DNA of 10,568 bases. Source: Bdellovibrionia bacterium (GTDB lineage: Bacteria; Bdellovibrionota; UBA1018). Shown in pieces: positions 5,283 to 10,568 of this stretch. How positions within the stretch are numbered: position 1 is the first letter of the stretch; each line of letters begins with the position of its first letter. The translations under genes were made by a program, and so were the position numbers. The DNA lies in NCBI GenBank assembly GCA_049424145.1, contig JBMSSC010000095.1:1-10568 (forward strand). The letters are read 5' to 3'. The notes beneath the pieces are model-generated. The model saw only the letters and a program-made list of their open reading frames with translations, was not told where the DNA came from and did not search any database.

Positions 5283-8195
5283 ATGTCTGAGCAAGAAATG
5301 GTTAAAGTATATGAACTCGCAAAAGAGCTCGGAATAGATTCCATCTCCTTGTTGGATAAGCTGAAAAGCTTAAACATCAAGGTCAAAAATCACATGAGTG
5401 AGCTTCGAACCGAAGAAGTTCTTCTCGCTCGATCCTCGTTGAAAAAGGGATCCGAGGCCGCAAAGCCTGTAAAAAAAGCCCCAACGAAGGCTCGAAAAAA
5501 AGTAGGAGACGTAGCTGGACCAGCGGTTCAGGCTCCGGTCGACTCTTCGATCGCTGCGGATAAAAAGTCGGCTTCTCCGATCATTCGGCGCCGCGTGAAA
5601 GCCGATGGGACGACCGAGGGACCCGTTGTCACCCAGATCATCGCACCTCAGGCTGAAGTAGCAAGTCCCCCTCCTTCTTCAACGAGCCTACCTCCTCATG
5701 AGTTTAAGGCAGAAGAAGAAACGGCCATGGGCTCGGTCATGACGGCCGAGATGGATCAAGTTGAGCCTTCATCCGAAGAGGAAGTGGCAGTGAGCCCCCT
5801 GGAGGAAGAATCTCAGCTCATCGCTCCAGTAACGACCACCGCTGCTCCAACAATCAAGGAAGCAGGAACTGAAAAACGAGTGGAACCCAGCGTTTCCACT
5901 TCAAGTCAGCCCGAGGGACAAGTTGGAGTTCAAGCCACAAGTAGTGCGTCTCCTGCGGCAGGACAAACTCAGACCTCTCAGGCAGCACCCGCTGCCTCAG
6001 CCACTGCTACAGCTCAGCCCCAGACGCCAGGGGTGGTACCTAAACCCCCAAGGCCTCCCATTGTTTTAACCCCTCGGCCTGTGGCACCCCGACGAAGTAT
6101 TTTAAAAATTGTCGAAGCCACGGCTCCTCCCCCTCGACCCATCATCAAGCCGGCGCCTTCTCCTGTGACTCCAGTAGGAGGCCATAAAGCTCCCGTCAAA
6201 GGCACCTCGACCCAAGATAAGGACGGCTTTCGAATCATCAAGATGACCAAGGAAAACTTGGATCAGATGGTCGAAGAAGAAGCAGCCAAGAAACGGGGCG
6301 GTGGACGCGAAGCGGAAATCAGGCCTGAAGACGTTCGGTTTGCTGATTACCGTAAAAAGGAACTCGTTTTTCTTCCAAAAAAGAAGAAACTTCCGATTGG
6401 AAAAGAAATTAAGAAGACCCAGAAAACCCAAGCCAAGGCTCAAAAACGAGTGGTGGAAATGCATGACACCATTAGCGTGGCTGAACTGGCCAACCAACTC
6501 AGCGTCAAGGCCACCGACGTGATCCGGAAGCTGATGATGATGGGCCAAATGGCCAACATGAACCAGTCGCTCGATTTCGATACGGCAAGCCTAGTGGCGT
6601 CTGAGTATCAATTTGAGGTCCGAAGCATTGCGTTCAATGAAGTTGAAAAAATTGGGACCATCGAAGATAAGTCTGAAGACTTAAAGCCAAGGCCACCTGT
6701 GGTGACGATCATGGGACACGTCGACCATGGAAAGACCACCCTTTTGGACTCCATCCGTGAAGCCAACGTTGCCGCTGGGGAAGCCGGTGGGATCACTCAG
6801 CACATTGGAGCTTACACGATTGAGAAAGATGGGAAATGGATCACGTTCATTGACACCCCCGGCCATGAAGCCTTTACGGTGATGCGAGCTCGCGGAGCCA
6901 ACGTCACGGATATCGTCATTCTGGTCGTATCGGCCGATGACGGCGTGATGCCGCAAACGCGAGAAGCGTTAAGCCATGCTCAAGCAGCCAAGGTCCCCAT
7001 CATTGTTGCGGTCAATAAGATTGATAAACCAGGCGCCAATCCTGAGAAGATCAAACAAGGTCTTGCGGAGTTGAACCTGCTGGCTGAGGACTGGGGCGGA
7101 GACACGATGTTTGTTCCCGTCTCGGCACTGAAGAAGACGAATATCGATAAGCTTTTGGAATCGGTTTTGTTGCAAGCAGAGGTTTTAGACCTAAAGGCCA
7201 ACCCGAATGTGAGAGCTCAGGGAACCGTTTTGGAAGTGAAACTGGAAAAAGGCCGAGGCGCCGTGGTCAGCGTGCTCATCAGCCGGGGGACCCTCAAAGT
7301 GGGAGACCCGCTGGTTTCAGGACCGATTTCAGGCAAGCTCAAGGCCATGATGGATGATAAGGGTCGCACGGTGAAGACTGCGGGCCCAGGAACTGCGGTG
7401 CAGATCCTAGGCTTTGAAGGGCTCCCCAGTGCTGGAGATCCGTTTCATGTCACCGAAAGCGAGAATGATGCCCGAGAAATTGCATCTCATCGTGCCGATA
7501 AGAGCCGAGCGAAGATCCTGGGAGCTCAACCTAAGATCAGCTTAGATGAGCTGTTCTCGAAGATTCAAACAGGCGATGTGAAGGAGCTCAACGTGATTTT
7601 AAAAGCCGATGCATTCGGCTCGGTTGAAGCCATCCGCGACAGTTTAGTGAAGCTCTCCACGGACAAAGTCAAGGTCAAGACCATCTTGACGGCTCCAGGG
7701 GGAATCACTGAAAGTGACGTTCTGCTTGCCAGTGCCTCAAACGCCCTCATCCTAGGCTTCAACGTCCGGCCTGAGACCAAAGCACGTCAACTGGCCGAAG
7801 CTGAGCATGTGGAAATCAAGTCCTACAACATCATCTATGAACTCTTAGATGATGTGAAAAAAGCCATGACTGGTCTTTTAGACAAAAAGAAAGTCGAGCG
7901 CTTCCTGGGTCGTGCCGAAGTCAGACAGATCTTCAGTGTGCCTAAGATTGGGACAGTTGCTGGATCCTCCGTGATTGACGGAAAGATTCTCCGTGGCGCC
8001 AATGTCAGGCTGCTCCGAGACAGTCGCATCATTTTCGATGGCAAACTCTCCTCTCTGCGTCGTTTTAAAGATGACGCCAAAGAAGTGGCCACCGGGTTTG
8101 AATGTGGAATTGGAATTGAAAACTACAATGATCTGAAGGTGGGTGACATCATCGAAGCGTACCAGATTGATCTGGTTGCTCCAGAGCTCAAGTAG
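5283..8195 (+). CDS. infB: translation initiation factor IF-2, about 970 aa
   Basis: N-terminal [10 protein letters not shown], second IF2_N-like domain ISVAELA, G-domain [20 protein letters not shown] / [15 protein letters not shown] / NKID, and C-terminal [22 protein letters not shown] 5283 has GAGGGAG (5268-5274) 8 nt upstream; ATG 5247 is the alternative start. Confidence 0.98.
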   Translation: MSEQEMVKVYELAKELGIDSISLLDKLKSLNIKVKNHMSELRTEEVLLARSSLKKGSEAAKPVKKAPTKARKKVGDVAGPAVQAPVDSSIAADKKSASPIIRRRVKADGTTEGPVVTQIIAPQAEVASPPPSSTSLPPHEFKAEEETAMGSVMTAEMDQVEPSSEEEVAVSPLEEESQLIAPVTTTAAPTIKEAGTEKRVEPSVSTSSQPEGQVGVQATSSASPAAGQTQTSQAAPAASATATAQPQTPGVVPKPPRPPIVLTPRPVAPRRSILKIVEATAPPPRPIIKPAPSPVTPVGGHKAPVKGTSTQDKDGFRIIKMTKENLDQMVEEEAAKKRGGGREAEIRPEDVRFADYRKKELVFLPKKKKLPIGKEIKKTQKTQAKAQKRVVEMHDTISVAELANQLSVKATDVIRKLMMMGQMANMNQSLDFDTASLVASEYQFEVRSIAFNEVEKIGTIEDKSEDLKPRPPVVTIMGHVDHGKTTLLDSIREANVAAGEAGGITQHIGAYTIEKDGKWITFIDTPGHEAFTVMRARGANVTDIVILVVSADDGVMPQTREALSHAQAAKVPIIVAVNKIDKPGANPEKIKQGLAELNLLAEDWGGDTMFVPVSALKKTNIDKLLESVLLQAEVLDLKANPNVRAQGTVLEVKLEKGRGAVVSVLISRGTLKVGDPLVSGPISGKLKAMMDDKGRTVKTAGPGTAVQILGFEGLPSAGDPFHVTESENDAREIASHRADKSRAKILGAQPKISLDELFSKIQTGDVKELNVILKADAFGSVEAIRDSLVKLSTDKVKVKTILTAPGGITESDVLLASASNALILGFNVRPETKARQLAEAEHVEIKSYNIIYELLDDVKKAMTGLLDKKKVERFLGRAEVRQIFSVPKIGTVAGSSVIDGKILRGANVRLLRDSRIIFDGKLSSLRRFKDDAKEVATGFECGIGIENYNDLKVGDIIEAYQIDLVAPELK

Positions 8196-8244
8196 TCTGC
8201 ATGGGTTTTGACAAGAGCTCGTGTTGAGTTGAAGGATGTGAAGT

Positions 8245-8637
8245 ATGCAAGAAACGCGTCGAATGAGACTGCAATCGGTGATTCAACAGGAGCTTTCGCA
8301 AGTAGTTCCTCAGGAAATCAAGGATCCGAGAGTGCCCCCCGTGACTTTCACAGCGGTGGAACTGACCCCGGATGGGGGCCAGGCCACCATCTTTGTGTCC
8401 CTCCTCGGAGGGGGACAAACCAATCTCGATGGGTCCCCTGCGCTTTCTGAAGCACAAGCCAAACAGCGAATGAAGGATTGCATTGCAGGCTTAAGTTCGG
8501 CGTCGGGCTACCTCAGGCGACACCTGGCGCGCGTTCTCACGGTGCGGCACATTCCTAGCCTGATCTTCAAAGAGGATCGGGGCTTCGAAAATGCCATTCG
8601 AGTCCATGAGCTGCTCAAGAAGATTCAGACTCCTTAG
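8245..8637 (+). CDS. rbfA: 30S ribosome-binding factor RbfA, 130 aa
   Basis: IQQELSQV...IKDPRV..VTFTAVELTPD, GLSSASGYLRRHLA..L.VRHIPSLIF.ED; position between infB and truB; AAGGA at 8232-8236. Confidence 0.95.
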   Translation: MQETRRMRLQSVIQQELSQVVPQEIKDPRVPPVTFTAVELTPDGGQATIFVSLLGGGQTNLDGSPALSEAQAKQRMKDCIAGLSSASGYLRRHLARVLTVRHIPSLIFKEDRGFENAIRVHELLKKIQTP

Positions 8638-8647
8638 TTGAGGCACG

Positions 8648-9631
8648 ATGAAAGAAGATTCGATCCACGGAGCACTGCTGATTCATAAGCATGCAGGGGT
8701 GAGTTCTTTTGGAATCATCCAGGAGCTTCAGCGACTGCTTCACGCTCAAAAGTCTGGGCTCAAGCGCAAGGACCTACCTAAACTAGGCCATGGAGGGACG
8801 TTGGATCCTTTCGCAACAGGTCTGCTCATTGTGCTGATAGGACGCGGCGTGAAGCTTGCCCGCTACTTTTTGGGCTCAGCTAAGACTTACGAAGGCACGA
8901 TGTGTTTTGGTGCAACGACGGAACCTGGAGATGACACGGCTCCACTTTCTGAACGATGTGAGAGCGTTCCTGAGAGTCTTCCCCTCATTCAAGCCATGGC
9001 CGATCAGATGGCTCAATCGCCCTACCTTCAAACCCCACCCATGTTTTCAGCGAAAAAACAAAACGGAAAGCCTTTGTATTTACTGGCCCGCGAAGGCATT
9101 GAGGTGGAGCGAGAGCCTAAGCTTTGTCACCTCTACGACTTTCAGATCCGTCACTATGAAAAACCCCAAGCTCAGTTTCAAGTGAGTTGCAGCTCAGGTA
9201 CCTACGTGCGCTCTCTGGCTCAGGATTTGGCAAAGCAACTGGGCTCGCTGGCCTATTTAACCCAGCTGCATCGGACGGCTTGCGGGATTTTCACACTTGA
9301 AAACGCCCTCACCACACAGCAGGTTCAAGAGGCATTGGCTCAAGGAGAGAACCTCGGCCACCTCCCCTGCTTTGTTCCCTTCGATCGCCTCCTGGATGGG
9401 TACCCCCAAGCTCCCATCACTCCAGCAGAAAAAGAGGCCCTGATCCAGGGCAAGCAAGAAGGCCTCCTACAGATGTGTGCCCGGGCTCAGTTCCGCTCTT
9501 CACCGAAGTCCCGTTCTGGCCAAACTCAAGACTGCGTGGCTCTCACGGAGAAGGAGTCCCTTGTGGCTGTGGCTCGCAGAACAGATCACATCTGGAGTAT
9601 TGAGCGCGTGTTTGTATCCGATCAATCCTGA
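8648..9631 (+). CDS. truB: tRNA pseudouridine(55) synthase TruB, 327 aa
   Basis: KLGHGGTLDPFATGLL (catalytic Asp), KTY, QTPPMFSAKK.NGKPLY.LAREG, CSSGTYVRSLA.DL, L.RT..G.F; GAGG at 8640-8643. Confidence 0.96.
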   Translation: MKEDSIHGALLIHKHAGVSSFGIIQELQRLLHAQKSGLKRKDLPKLGHGGTLDPFATGLLIVLIGRGVKLARYFLGSAKTYEGTMCFGATTEPGDDTAPLSERCESVPESLPLIQAMADQMAQSPYLQTPPMFSAKKQNGKPLYLLAREGIEVEREPKLCHLYDFQIRHYEKPQAQFQVSCSSGTYVRSLAQDLAKQLGSLAYLTQLHRTACGIFTLENALTTQQVQEALAQGENLGHLPCFVPFDRLLDGYPQAPITPAEKEALIQGKQEGLLQMCARAQFRSSPKSRSGQTQDCVALTEKESLVAVARRTDHIWSIERVFVSDQS

Positions 9632-9723
9632 TGGTGATCGGAGACTCCAAATGACCGAAGTCAGAGGATTCTCAAAGAAAATTCCATTTGCCTCTTTTGG
9701 GCCCTCCTTCCAAACATGAAGGC

Positions 9724-9760
9724 TGAGGTTACACCATCTCAAACCTCACGTTTTGGTTTT
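9724..9760 (+). terminator. possible weak intrinsic terminator after truB
   Basis: TGAGGTT (9724-9730) pairs with AACCTCA (9742-9748) around an 11-nt loop, followed by CG-TTTTGGTTTT. The large loop and interrupted T tract make it atypical. Confidence 0.35.
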
Positions 9761-9813
9761 CTGAGCTTGCCTTCATCCCCATGGATCCATCCAGGAACTT
9801 TCAGCCAGGAAAG

Positions 9814-10568
9814 TTAGTAATACAAAACAGGCGCAGCGGTCACCCGAGACGTTGAAGTCCCATCCCCCAGTTGACCAAAACTGTTATTGCCCCAGCACCA
9901 AACGCTTGAATCAGATAACAGCGCACACGTGTGTAGCGGACCGAGCCCTAAGGATTCAATGCCTCCACTCACCGTTGAAATCAATGAGGGGCTCGCAATG
10001 TAGGGATGATCAGACTGGTCAATCTCCCGACCTTTTCCGAGCTGACCCCAGTCGTTTCTTCCCCAACATTTGGCCTTGCCTGAATTTAATATGGCACACG
10101 TATGATCTCCCCCTGCATAGAGGGATTGAACGCTGGTGAGATTGGGGATCAGCGTGGGCTGCCTCGGATTCGTGTCCGCCCCGCCTGCAGAGCCCGTTCC
10201 CAACTGTCCATAGGAATTATCACCCCAACAATAAACGCCAGGATTTGGACTAGGATTTACGCTTAAAGCGCACGTATGGTTTTTGCCTGCCACCACCTGA
10301 AAAAAAATGGGCTCCCCGCCCGCCACACTGATCTGGACGGATCTGGGTTGAGCGGAGGAGGATCGATCCCCAGTGCCTAATTGATAGGAGAGATTATTCC
10401 CCCAACAAAGGAGGGCCCCTGATTCGTCCTCAATTCCACAGGCATGCGTTTCACCTGCAGCCACTTGAGAAAACTCTAATGTATCCCCCTCCGCACTGAC
10501 GGTGACTGGTGAAGAAGCTTGAATCGACGTATTGGGACTCACTGGGGGAGATGTAGAGCCCAATTGTC
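9814..10568 (-). CDS. RCC1/BLIP-II repeat beta-propeller protein, C-terminal part (5' end outside window)
   Basis: Four complete repeats of roughly 50-60 aa: AAGETHACGI..LLCWGNNLSYQLG, VAGKNHTCAL..VYCWGDNSYGQLG, YAGGDHTCAI..AKCWGRNDWGQLG, GLGPLHTCAL..VWCWGNNSFGQLG. The frame is open to the window edge, where (n)GA-CAA-TTG-GGC gives xQLG, the tail of a further repeat. The TTG at 10563 is therefore probably an internal Leu. Confidence 0.92.
   Translation of the reverse strand, partial: QLGSTSPPVSPNTSIQASSPVTVSAEGDTLEFSQVAAGETHACGIEDESGALLCWGNNLSYQLGTGDRSSSAQPRSVQISVAGGEPIFFQVVAGKNHTCALSVNPSPNPGVYCWGDNSYGQLGTGSAGGADTNPRQPTLIPNLTSVQSLYAGGDHTCAILNSGKAKCWGRNDWGQLGKGREIDQSDHPYIASPSLISTVSGGIESLGLGPLHTCALLSDSSVWCWGNNSFGQLGDGTSTSRVTAAPVLYY

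Noticed and set aside
3619..8457. Numerous 60-172 aa antisense or out-of-frame ORFs over rimP, nusA, infB and rbfA (e.g. 4868-5386, 6102-6548, 8208-8450)
   Set aside because: They overlap well-conserved genes and have no motifs. Their composition mirrors the sense-strand codons (e.g. Phe/Leu-rich opposite Lys/Glu-rich), so they are shadow ORFs.
8856..10139. ORFs 8856-9185, 9257-9457, 9477-9719, 9500-9742 and 9852-10139
   Set aside because: They overlap truB or the RCC1 gene in other frames, with no motif or convincing RBS.
10561..10563. ORF-track start of the RCC1 protein
   Set aside because: The TTG is the Leu of a QLG repeat motif, and the frame stays open to the window edge.
1..10568. 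CRISPR array, IS/transposase, integrase, toxin-antitoxin or defence genes, introns/inteins
   Set aside because: There are no regularly spaced nucleotide repeats and no such protein motifs. The inserts in the housekeeping proteins are too short and lack intein terminal motifs.

Overview
Bacterial chromosomal window made up mostly of translation/transcription housekeeping genes. Left, minus strand: a predicted exported c-type cytochrome with an N-terminal molybdopterin-oxidoreductase-like domain (1791-2669), gltX (239-1750) and tRNA-Gln(CUG) (48-121). Divergent, plus strand: a promoter and rimP-leader-type terminator hairpin, a ~280-nt spacer containing a possible 63-codon ORF in frame with rimP, then rimP-nusA-infB-rbfA-truB. 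The operon stops at truB and meets a convergent, 5'-truncated RCC1/BLIP-II-repeat gene. Gene content and protein style suggest a Bdellovibrionota/deltaproteobacteria-like organism, which is an unverified inference. I see no mobile element, CRISPR array or clearly new multi-gene system. The best leads are the cytochrome (apparent His instead of Met sixth ligand, no Moco Cys), the odd anticodon-binding domain of the GluRS next to tRNA-Gln, the extended rimP leader, and a shared non-canonical -10 motif. All alignments and motif assignments were made by eye.
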